Shown here in pieces: positions 9,496 through 17,094 of a DNA stretch of 32,000 bases. The stretch comes from Phycisphaera mikurensis NBRC 102666. Lineage in GTDB: Bacteria > Planctomycetota > Phycisphaerae > Phycisphaerales > Phycisphaeraceae. The position numbers and the translations under genes are program-made. Each line of letters begins with the position of its first letter. The first letter of the stretch is position 1. Location: NCBI RefSeq assembly GCF_000284115.1, contig NC_017080.1, positions 3,771,226 to 3,803,225 on the forward strand, read 5' to 3'. The notes below the pieces were generated by a model. The model had not been told where the DNA came from. It searched no databases and saw only the letters and a list, made by a program, of their open reading frames with translations.

Positions 9496-9865
9496 CGCCG
9501 CGGCGAGGCCCGCGCCGCCCGCCCGCAGCGCCTCGGCGTGCGGCAGCAGCGCGAGGAAGGCCAGCGCCCCGCCGGCCGCGGGGCCCGCCGCCGCCCAGGC
9601 GACGAGCAGCGCCGGACGCGCCAGCGTCCGGGCGGCGGGGGGCCGGCTTCGCCGCGCTCCGGTGCTCAGGATGCCCCCACGCCCCGGAGCGCTGCCACCC
9701 GCCCGCGGAGCAAGCCGGCGCCGACCTCCCGGGACCGCCGGTCCGCGGGCCCGGAGCGTGTGGCGGCTCCGGGGGCGCTAGCGAAAGCGGAGGCGGGGAG
9801 GCGCACCCGGCGAGCTTATTGCGGCTCCTCCGCCGCCGGACCCCACCGCCCGCGTCGCGCAGCAC

Positions 9866-9895
9866 GACGCCCGCGGCTGCGAAGCCGCGGGCGTC
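9866..9895 (-). terminator. Stem-loop downstream of the PEP-CTERM-like gene, candidate transcription terminator
   Basis: Perfect 12-bp arms gacgcccgcggc / gccgcgggcgtc with a 6-nt loop tgcgaa, immediately 3' of the gene ending at 9919. No clear U-tract. Confidence 0.5.
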
Positions 9896-9918
9896 GAGGA
9901 GGGTGCGGGTCCGCGGGC

Positions 9919-10698
9919 TCAGGCCGCGGCGTGGCGGCGGCGACGCAGCACGCCGCCGGCGAGCAGGGCCAGGCCGCCCAGGGCCGCCGAGGGCGTCGGC
10001 ACCGCGTTGGCCGTCACCTGGGCGATCACCGCCGAGCCGCCCAGCGAGATCCGCACCTCGTCGAAGCTGGCCACGCCCAGCTGCGCCGCGGTGATCGGGG
10101 CGATCTGGTTGGCCGAGCGGTCGCCGAAGGCGATCGTGGCGTCGAACACGCCCGAGCCGTCGTCGGTGACGAAGCTGGCGAAGTCGAAGGAGCCCACGTC
10201 CACGCCGTCGCTGAGGAAGTCGATGAAGAAGCCGGTGTTGGTCTCGAACTCCTCGGGGCCCTCCACGTCGACGATCGTGAACCCGAAGCTGTCCAGGGGG
10301 GTGGCGAACTCCAGGTTGATCGTGCCGGCGGGACGACGCTTCTCCAGCGGGGTCTCGATCGGCGTGGGCAGCACGCCGAAGCCGGTGAGCACGCCCTCGG
10401 GGCCGCGGAGGGCCAGGCCCTGGCCGAGGTCGCGGCCGGTGGCGTTGCCCGAGGTGAAGGGGGCCTGCTGGCCGGCGAAGTCGAACTGCGGGTAGCCGTT
10501 GAAGTCCCAGGCGAAGACCTCTTCGGGCGAGTCGGCGTAGGGGCTGGAGGCCGAGACGCTCAGGCCGTCGATCTGGTCGGTGACGGTGGCGCCGGTGGCG
10601 ATGCCGTTGAAGTCGATGACCGTGGCGGCGGAGGCCCCGGCGGAGATCGCGGCGGTGGCGGCGGCGGCGGTGAGGAGCTTGGCGGTGGGAGCGTTCAT
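9919..10698 (-). CDS. PEP-CTERM-like exported protein
   Basis: Signal peptide MNAPTAKLLTAAAATAAISAGASAA. C-terminus ...NAVPTPSAALGGLALLAGGVLRRRRHAAA, i.e. VPxP-like motif + TM + Arg-rich tail. Confidence 0.82.
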   Translation of the reverse strand: MNAPTAKLLTAAAATAAISAGASAATVIDFNGIATGATVTDQIDGLSVSASSPYADSPEEVFAWDFNGYPQFDFAGQQAPFTSGNATGRDLGQGLALRGPEGVLTGFGVLPTPIETPLEKRRPAGTINLEFATPLDSFGFTIVDVEGPEEFETNTGFFIDFLSDGVDVGSFDFASFVTDDGSGVFDATIAFGDRSANQIAPITAAQLGVASFDEVRISLGGSAVIAQVTANAVPTPSAALGGLALLAGGVLRRRRHAAA

Positions 10699-11001
10699 GG
10701 GGAGAAGCCTCGGGCTTGGGGGCGGCGACGGGGACGCGACGCCGCGTTCCTCGTGGGGAAGAGCCTGAGGCGTCCCGCGCGGCGGGCCAGCCGCCGAGGC
10801 GGAAAATCTCGCGGGCGGAGTCCTTGCGCGGGGGCCCTGCGGGGCGTGACGCCTGTGCGGGATCGCGACGAGCCGGCAGCCCCCGCGTCCACCCGTCGGG
10901 CCCTGCGCCGGCTCCACCAGCGGCCGGCCCAGGATCGGGAGCAACCCCCGGCGCGGCGTCGGCGATCGGCCGCCCGGCCCGGTCCGGCGAGCCCATCCGG
11001 C

Positions 11002-12285
11002 TCACGGCGCCCGCACGAGCAGCGGGACGTTCGCCGTGCCGGCGCCGCCGGCGCCGTCCCGCACCGTGACGAACAGCCGGTACGGGCCCGGCCGCCGGGG
11101 CGCCCGCAGCGTCACCGAATCCGCGGACCGCGCGACGAGATCCATCGCGACCCCCGCGGTCCGCGGCTCCGCATCCCCGCCCATGGCGATCCCCGGCGAG
11201 GCCTCCCGCAGCTCCCATTCGACCGCGAGCCCGGCCCCTTCCGGATCGCTCGCGTCGACCGTCGCGATCACCTGCGCCCCCGGCGGCACCGCCGCGGGGC
11301 CGTCCAGGCGGAGGCCCCGCACCTCCGGCGCCCGGTCCGCCGGCGGCTCGCCCGTCCACAGCTCGCGCATCGTGTCGGCGGCCGCCAGCCGGGCGCCGTC
11401 GGCGAGGAACATCCCGAACCACGTGGCCGTCGCCTCCTGCTTGTCGCCCCAGAGAAAAACGTACGAGCCGAGGCACGCGTCGGGATGCTCGGCGACCGTC
11501 GCCAGGTACCCGCGCCGCGTCCACGCCGCCTTCTGCGTCGAGGTCTGCTCCACCGGCGTGCCCCAGGGTGTGCGTGGGCACTCCCACTGGCCGCGGGGGC
11601 CGAACTCGGTCAGCACCCACGGCCTGCCCAGCGGCGGGTCCATCGCCGCGAGCGCGTCGCCCACCTCCGGTGCCTCGCCGTAGGCGTTGACGCCGAGGAT
11701 GTCGATGGACGGGCAGCGGTCGCGGACGTCGCGGGCCTTGTCGGCGTCCTCCCCGAGCCCGGCGATCACCGCCATCGTCGGGTGGTGGGGGTCCTCCCGC
11801 TGCAACGCTGCCGCGAGCGACTCGATCGCGTCGTAGATCGCGTCGTCCCCGCCGTGGCCCTCCACCTCGTTGCCCACGCCCCAGAGCAGCACCGCCGGGT
11901 GGCCCATCAGCGGCCGCGCCCGGGCCAGGATCTCCTCCTGCTGCCGCGCCACCGCTGCCGCGTCGCCGTAGTCGAAGCCCCGCCGCTCCGGCTGCATCCA
12001 GAGGCCCACCGCCACCGAGAGCCCGAGCCGATGGGCCTCGTCGAGCAGCGCCGGCGTGTCGTGGCCGATGCCCCAGATCCGCGCCGAGTTCCCGCCCGCG
12101 TCGGCGAGCGCAGCGAGCCGCCCGCTCACGCCCGCCCCCTTGATCTCGTAAGGCTGACCGCCGCGGAGCAGCCGCCACGCGTCGCCCTCCCGCACCACCT
12201 CCGCCGGCGTGGGCCCCGCGGCGGCGGTGGCCGCGAGGCAGAGAGAAAACCAGGTAGGCAGCGCGAGCGACGGGACAGCGTTCAT
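11002..12285 (-). CDS. Secreted glycoside hydrolase, clan-A TIM barrel (GH2/GH5-like)
   Basis: MNAVPSLALPTWFSLCLAATAAAGP... YEIKGAGVSG...GGNSARIWG...HPAVLLWGVGNEVEGHG (acid/base NE) ... RPWVLTEFGPRGQWECPRTPWG (candidate nucleophile E). Confidence 0.75.
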   Translation of the reverse strand: MNAVPSLALPTWFSLCLAATAAAGPTPAEVVREGDAWRLLRGGQPYEIKGAGVSGRLAALADAGGNSARIWGIGHDTPALLDEAHRLGLSVAVGLWMQPERRGFDYGDAAAVARQQEEILARARPLMGHPAVLLWGVGNEVEGHGGDDAIYDAIESLAAALQREDPHHPTMAVIAGLGEDADKARDVRDRCPSIDILGVNAYGEAPEVGDALAAMDPPLGRPWVLTEFGPRGQWECPRTPWGTPVEQTSTQKAAWTRRGYLATVAEHPDACLGSYVFLWGDKQEATATWFGMFLADGARLAAADTMRELWTGEPPADRAPEVRGLRLDGPAAVPPGAQVIATVDASDPEGAGLAVEWELREASPGIAMGGDAEPRTAGVAMDLVARSADSVTLRAPRRPGPYRLFVTVRDGAGGAGTANVPLLVRAP

Positions 12286-12448
12286 GGGAGGATCCGAGAG
12301 ATGGAGGACGGAGCCGGCCGTTCTACCCGCGGGCGCCTCGGACCCACGAGCGCCGGCATGGCGTTCGGGCGGGCGGGACCGTCGGATCCACCCGGGCAGC
12401 GGTGCGTTGCACGGCGGCGTCCTGCCCGGGGCGGCGCTAGCGTCAGGC

Positions 12449-13618
12449 ATGGCCATCCCCCTGCCGCAGATGGAGGCCCCGGCCGCGCCCCATCTCGCCC
12501 CGACGCACGCGACGCCGCCGGTGCCGCCGGTGCCGCCGCCGCAGGAGGACCCGCGGCCCGCGGCCGCCCGCGCCCGCTGGCGGCCGCGCCGCGTGCTCAT
12601 CGCCCGGAGTGCGCGTGACTCCGCGGTGGCGCAGCGGGCCCGGCGGGCCGCGCGAGAGCTCGGGGCAGAGGTGGTGGAACTCGGAGGCGACGCGGTGCGG
12701 GGGCTGGCGGGCCGCAACGAGCGCGAGACCTACCGGAACGCGAAGGCGACGCTGGCGATCGTGAACGCCCCGCCCTCGGCGCTGAAGTTCGCGCCCATCC
12801 CGCCGTCGGCGGACTTCCGGCTGGACCTCGCGCGCGGGTGCCCCGCCCACTGCCAGTACTGCTACCTCGCCGGTTCGCTCAGCGGGCCGCCGGTGACGCG
12901 GGCCTACGCCAACCTCGACGAGATCTTCGCGGCCGTGCCCGCTCACGTCGGGCGAGGGAGAATCACCTCCGCCTCGGCGGCGCGGAGCCACGAGGGGACC
13001 ACCTTCGAGGCGTCGTGCTACACCGACCCGCTCGGGATCGAGCACCTCACCGGCGGCTTGTCGGAGGCCGTCCGCTTCTTCGGGACGCAGCCGGACGCCG
13101 GGCTCCGATTCACCACCAAGTTCTCGGAGGTGGGCGGCCTGCTGGGCCTCCCGCACAACGGGCGGACCCGGGTTCGCTTCTCCGTGAACGCCGAAGACAT
13201 CACCCGCCGCTTCGATGGCGGGACCGCGCGGCTCGCCGACCGGCTGGCCGCCTTGGGTGCGGTGGCCCGGGCGGGCTACCCGGTGGGGCTGACCGTTGCC
13301 CCGATCATGCCCATCGAGGGCTGGGAGGAGGCCTACGGCGCCCTCTTCCGCGACGCCGGGGCCGCACTCCCGGCCGACGCGGACCTGACGGTGGAGCTGA
13401 TCACCCACCGCTTCACCCCCGGCTCCCGCGAGGTGCTGCTGGGCTGGTACCCCGGCACGAAGCTGGAGATGGACGCGGCGACCCGCACGCAGAAGCGCAA
13501 CAAATTCGGCGGCACGAAGTACGTGTACCCCAAGGAGCTGATGAAGCAGATGCGGGCCTGGTTCGAGGAAGCCGTCGAGCGCGAGCTTCCCGGCGGCGTG
13601 GTGCTGTACTGGACCTGA
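12449..13618 (+). CDS. SPL-family (spore photoproduct lyase-like) radical SAM protein
   Basis: DLARGCPAHCQYCYLAGSLSG (CxxxCxxC), FEASCYTDPLGIEHLTGGLSEAVRFFG, LRFTTKFSEVGGLLGLPHNGRTRVRFSVNAE, PIMPIEGWEEAYGALF, ELITHRFTPGSREVLLGWYPGTKLEMD. Confidence 0.88.
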   Translation: MAIPLPQMEAPAAPHLAPTHATPPVPPVPPPQEDPRPAAARARWRPRRVLIARSARDSAVAQRARRAARELGAEVVELGGDAVRGLAGRNERETYRNAKATLAIVNAPPSALKFAPIPPSADFRLDLARGCPAHCQYCYLAGSLSGPPVTRAYANLDEIFAAVPAHVGRGRITSASAARSHEGTTFEASCYTDPLGIEHLTGGLSEAVRFFGTQPDAGLRFTTKFSEVGGLLGLPHNGRTRVRFSVNAEDITRRFDGGTARLADRLAALGAVARAGYPVGLTVAPIMPIEGWEEAYGALFRDAGAALPADADLTVELITHRFTPGSREVLLGWYPGTKLEMDAATRTQKRNKFGGTKYVYPKELMKQMRAWFEEAVERELPGGVVLYWT

Positions 13619-13695
13619 GCGACGGCATGAGGGGGAGCGGGCGTCGCGGGCGAGGCGTTCTTGACTCGGCTGCATGCAGCGTCGATGATGCGTGC

Positions 13696-13965
13696 ATGCA
13701 GTACACGCTCCGCAACGTGCCCGAAGAGGTCGACCGGAAGCTCCGCGAGCGGGCCCAGATCCTCGGTGTCTCGCTGAACGAGGCGGTGATCCGGGCGCTG
13801 AAGGCGGCGACGGGGGTCGGTGCTCCGCCGCCGGAGCCGACGCCCGACCCGCACCCTCTCGACGAGTTCCGCGGGGTTTGGAAAGACGAGCCCTGGGTGG
13901 AGGGGTTTGTCCAGGACCTCGCGGACCTTGACGCCATCAGCTTGGAAGTGAAGACATTGCCTTGA
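13696..13965 (+). CDS. Antitoxin-like protein (VapB/FitA-type ribbon-helix-helix)
   Basis: MQYTLRNVPEEVDRKLRERAQILGVSLNEAVIRALKAATG..., RHH-like. Its stop overlaps the start of the following PIN gene. Confidence 0.78.
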   Translation: MQYTLRNVPEEVDRKLRERAQILGVSLNEAVIRALKAATGVGAPPPEPTPDPHPLDEFRGVWKDEPWVEGFVQDLADLDAISLEVKTLP

Positions 13966-14339
13966 AGGCTGTCGTTGACACCAGCGCCCTGGTTCACCTC
14001 TGGCGTGACGGCGGTCGGGCACTCGACGTGGTGACCCACGCGGTCGTGCCGCTGGCAACGCACGCCGAGCTGATGGTGGGGCTTGAAGCCGCGGTTGATC
14101 CCGCACGGGAGCGGCGTCGGCTGGAGGGAACCTACGCCGCGCTGCACGCGGAGGTCGTGGCTCCCAACCAGCAGACGGCGCAGCACTGGGCGAGGCTGAG
14201 GGACCAGCTCCGACGCAAGGGGCGGAAGCTGCCGCACAACGACCTCTGGATCGCCGCGGCGGCCATTGAACTTGGCCTGCCGCTGATCAGCCTCGACCGT
14301 CACCACCAGGGCCTCCCAGGAATGGCGCTGCTGCCCTAG
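13962..14339 (+). CDS. vapC: PIN-domain toxin (VapC family)
   Basis: TTG start overlapping the antitoxin TGA (TTGA). MKAVVDTSALVHLWR...ATHAELMVGLE...LRRKGRKLPHNDLWIAAAAIELGLPLISLDRH, with conserved acidic residues. Confidence 0.88.
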   Translation: MKAVVDTSALVHLWRDGGRALDVVTHAVVPLATHAELMVGLEAAVDPARERRRLEGTYAALHAEVVAPNQQTAQHWARLRDQLRRKGRKLPHNDLWIAAAAIELGLPLISLDRHHQGLPGMALLP

Positions 14340-14348
14340 CGGGAGCGA

Positions 14349-14922
14349 AGAGCGGGTCCCTCGAAACCACCCTCGCCGCCGCGGGAGGCCCAGGGGAGGC
14401 CCAGAGGACCAGGCCCCAAGGGGTCCCACACTCCGCGGCGCAGCCGACCGCCGCTGCGTGCGCAACAAGGTTCAAGCAGCGGCTGCAACGTTCATACGCA
14501 GTGGAGTCCGCTCCGCACAGAGGAGGTTCGTTCCGCCAATCCGGCGGCGAGCGTTCCGCTGCGGGCACGTCGAGCCGGTGCAGCCGCATCCAGTTCCGCG
14601 TCACCAGCCGGTAGGGCAGCAAGGCGGCGGTCCCGATCTGGCGGACGTCTTCACGCAGCACCAAGCTGGCTCCGGCCACCTGCAACGTGACGCGTGAGCG
14701 GAACCGACTCCCCAGGGACTGGCCATGCTTGGGTGCGGTGCGGAAGACCCCGCCGTCGCGGTGAAACGTCCAGCGTGTGGCACCCGCGTCTTGCAGGCGC
14801 AGCGTGGCGGACGCTCCGTCGTCGGCCACGTTGAACACGAACCGATCGGCGGCCGCAAAGGATCGACCGAACGGGATCTGCCGCACGCCCGCCCAATCAA
14901 TGCCGATGCCATCGCCGCCGGA
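14349..14922 (-). pseudogene. Possible truncated protein-coding fragment abutting the left end of the IS256 element (boundaries approximate)
   Basis: Minus-strand sequence GGDGIGIDWAGVRQIPFGRSFAAADRFVFNVADDGASATLRLQDAGATRWTFHRDGG...RSRVTLQVAGASLVLREDVRQIG... looks coding-like but has no start of its own. The ORF runs into it from the IS end. Confidence 0.35.
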
Positions 14923-14951
14923 GGTCGGTGTATCAAGAGCCGTGTAAATCC
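14923..14951 (+). repeat. Left terminal inverted repeat of IS256-family element
   Basis: 29/29 complementarity to 16334-16362. Confidence 0.9.
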
Positions 14952-14963
14952 GCTCCTGCTTGA

Positions 14964-16247
14964 TCAGCGGGCCACCTCCTCGGAAGCGGGCAGGTAGCGG
15001 CGGGTGGAGGCCTGCCAATCGTCGTCGATCTCGACCAGCAAGGCCGAGCACAGCCGAAGCAACGACTCGGCGTTGGGGAACACGCGGATCTTGCGGGTCC
15101 GACGCTTGAGCTCCTGCTGGATCGGCCGCTCGATGCCGTTGGAGGTCCGAAGCTTCTTCCGCTGCGCCGGCGGGAAGGCGAAGACGGTGAGGCCTTCGGG
15201 CACGTTCTTGCCAAGCCACTTCGCCAGCCGCGGGCTCTTTGGCTCGTGCTCGTCGATCAGGTCGGCAAGCCGGCGGTCGGCCTCGGCCCGAGCGGGCGCG
15301 TTCCAGACTTGGCCGAGCTGCTTGCCGATCTTCTCGCATGTGGCGGCCGTGGGTGCGTGGTGGATCGCGTTGTTGGCCAGATGGAACTGGCACCGCTGCC
15401 ACGGCACCGCTGGCAGCACGGCCTTCCGGGCTTCGGCCAGCCCGGCGTGGTCGTCGCTGTTGACAAGCTCCACGCCCCGCATGCCGCGGGCGACCAGCGA
15501 GTCGAGGAAGTCCCGCCAGTGGACCTCGGCCTCGGAGAGGGCCACCGAGATGCCCAGCACTGAGCGGGAGCCGTTGGGGAGGATGCCCACGGCGGTGAGC
15601 ACGGCCACGTCGCGGACGACCCCGCCCTCGCGGACCTTCTCGTATCGGGCGTCAAGGATCAACCGCTCGACGGTGCCAAGCGGCCGCCCCCGCCAGGCAC
15701 GCAGCTCCTCGTCCAGCTCCGCGGTGGCGCGGCTGACCTGGGCGGAGGTGATGTTCTCGAGGCCCAGCTCGGTCATGACGGCCTTGACGTCGCGGGTGGA
15801 GACGCCCTGGACGTACATGGCGGCGAGCGTGGCGTTGACGGCCCGGCAGGCGCGGCTGCCACGCTCCAACGCCTGCGGGAAGAAGGGCTCGAAGCTTTCG
15901 CCGCGGCCGGGAACCGGTCGGGTCTTGGGCACGGCCACGGTGACTCTGCCGGCGGGCGTGTCCAGCTGCTTGGGTGAGAAGCCGTTGGCGTAGCCGGTGC
16001 GATCGGCCGACCGCTCGTGCTCGGCGGCACCGAGGTGCTGCTCGCGTTCGAGCCGCATGGCGATGTTGAGTGTGGCGGCGAAGGCCTGGGCCATGGCGTC
16101 GGTGCCGTGCTGGGTCAGCAGGTCCATGAGGCCGGTGAGGGCGGGGTTGTGGCGGTCGAGACCGTGGGTATCTTGCAAGTGGGTCACCAGGGGTTGGAGG
16201 CAGAGGTCGAAGACCTGCACTTCAGGGCCTGGTGGCCCGTTGATCAA
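14964..16247 (-). CDS. IS256 (mutator-type) family transposase
   Basis: ERSADRTGYANGFSPKQLDTPAGRVTVAVPKTR...FFPQALERGSRA...MYVQGVSTRDVKAVMTELG...LILDARYEKVREGG...NSDDHAGLAEARKAVLPAVPWQRCQFHLANN...TSNGIERPIQQELKRRTRKIRVFPN. DDE residues plausible. Exact N-terminus uncertain (track start is TTG). Confidence 0.93.
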   Translation of the reverse strand: MINGPPGPEVQVFDLCLQPLVTHLQDTHGLDRHNPALTGLMDLLTQHGTDAMAQAFAATLNIAMRLEREQHLGAAEHERSADRTGYANGFSPKQLDTPAGRVTVAVPKTRPVPGRGESFEPFFPQALERGSRACRAVNATLAAMYVQGVSTRDVKAVMTELGLENITSAQVSRATAELDEELRAWRGRPLGTVERLILDARYEKVREGGVVRDVAVLTAVGILPNGSRSVLGISVALSEAEVHWRDFLDSLVARGMRGVELVNSDDHAGLAEARKAVLPAVPWQRCQFHLANNAIHHAPTAATCEKIGKQLGQVWNAPARAEADRRLADLIDEHEPKSPRLAKWLGKNVPEGLTVFAFPPAQRKKLRTSNGIERPIQQELKRRTRKIRVFPNAESLLRLCSALLVEIDDDWQASTRRYLPASEEVAR

Positions 16248-16271
16248 GCTGGGGGAGCGGAGGCGTCGGCG

Positions 16272-16322
16272 CGGGCTGCTGAGCCCTGCGCCCGCTGCGC
16301 GGGCTCCGGGCTCAGCAGCCCG
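16272..16322. repeat. Large stem-loop inside the IS right end, between the terminal repeat and the transposase start
   Basis: Perfect 15-bp arms cgggctgctgagccc (16272-16286) / gggctcagcagcccg (16308-16322). A nested gcccgc/gcgggc helix lies in the 21-nt loop. Confidence 0.85.
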
Positions 16323-16333
16323 AAGTCGCTCCG

Positions 16334-16362
16334 GGATTTACACGGCTCTTGATACACCGACC
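16334..16362 (-). repeat. Right terminal inverted repeat of IS256-family element
   Basis: Perfect complement of 14923-14951. Confidence 0.9.
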
Positions 16363-16385
16363 ACCCCCCAGGGAGCGTGGCACCC
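16360..16385. repeat. Partial BIME: single REP-like hairpin abutting the IS256 right end
   Basis: (a)ccaccccccagggagcgtggcaccc matches the second REP of the unit (gccaccccccaaggggcgtggcaccc) with few differences. Its partner REP is missing because the IS begins here. Confidence 0.75.
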
Positions 16386-16404
16386 GGTCAGGGGGGGACG
16401 CGGT

Positions 16405-16481
16405 GGGTGCCACGCCGCTTGCGGGGTGGCGGGCGTGAAAGGTCGTCGGGTCCCCGCCACCCCCCAAGGGGCGTGGCACCC
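16405..16481. repeat. BIME-like unit (two inverted REP hairpins) downstream of the RAYT gene
   Basis: gggt-gccacgccgcttgcggggtggc ... gccaccccccaaggggcgtggc-accc. Confidence 0.85.
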
Positions 16482-16514
16482 GTGGCACCCATGGGCACCC
16501 GACCCGGCGGGGAG

Positions 16515-17048
16515 TCAGCGGAGGTGTGGAAGGCGCAGGGCCCGGATGGGCGTCCCCAGCGATGACCACCGCCAATCCTCCGCTCGGGCCACCAGACCCC
16601 GCCGCACCGGGTTCTGATGGACGTAGTTCACCTTCTCACGAAGATCGTCGTCTCCCCGGATCCACCGGTCGTACCCGCCGCCGGTGAGCCAGAAACGCCG
16701 GGTGTTGTCTTTGCGAATGAGCGGCCGGAGGGCGGCGGGCCGCTCGACCTCCCACAGCGCGAAGGTGTCACGCGCAAAACGGCTCTTGAGGCCGCCGAGG
16801 GCGCGGGCGAGAGGAAGGCGGCCACCCATGACGAGCAGGTGGAGGTGCTCGGGCATGAGCACCCACGCGACCAGGCGGAGGTCGCCGGCGAGCACGACGC
16901 CAAGGAGGTTCTCGGCGGACGCGTCGCGCGTCGCGGCCCGGTGGAAGAGCGGGAGACGGTGCTCGCACGAGCAGGTCATAAATCGGGTGGCGCGAGGGTC
17001 ACCGCGTTGACGCTTCGCCTTGCGGGGTCGGTCGGCGTCGTCGGTCAC
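16515..17048 (-). CDS. REP-associated tyrosine transposase (RAYT; IS200-like Y1/HUH transposase)
   Basis: DPRATRFMTCSCEHRLPLFHRAA...LVAWVLMPEHLHLLVMGG (HUH motif H-L-H) ...REKVNYVHQNPVRRGLVARAEDWRWSSLG. Characteristic RAYT N-terminus, HUH and YxHxNPVxxGLV blocks. Start GTG at 17048 is inferred. Confidence 0.85.
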   Translation of the reverse strand: MTDDADRPRKAKRQRGDPRATRFMTCSCEHRLPLFHRAATRDASAENLLGVVLAGDLRLVAWVLMPEHLHLLVMGGRLPLARALGGLKSRFARDTFALWEVERPAALRPLIRKDNTRRFWLTGGGYDRWIRGDDDLREKVNYVHQNPVRRGLVARAEDWRWSSLGTPIRALRLPHLR

Positions 17049-17094
17049 CGCCGCAGCGTCGCAGATCCGGACCGAAGATGTTCCGGCGCGGACT

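Larger units (their letters stand above)
14923..16362 (-). mobile_element. IS256-family insertion sequence bounded by 29-bp perfect terminal inverted repeats
   Basis: Left ggtcggtgtatcaagagccgtgtaaatcc (14923-14951). Right ggatttacacggctcttgatacaccgacc (16334-16362). Transposase lies inside. Confidence 0.88.

Noticed and set aside
8726-12178. 1150-aa minus-strand ORF and the similarly long 9298..12618 plus ORF
   Set aside because: They cross several well-supported genes in other frames, and their translations are Arg/Gly/Pro/Ala-rich shadow sequence.
14287-15402. 371-aa minus-strand ORF spanning the IS left end
   Set aside because: The upstream portion is antiparallel or out of frame with the transposase, and continuity across the IS boundary is fortuitous. 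Only the segment left of 14923 was kept, as a tentative fragment.
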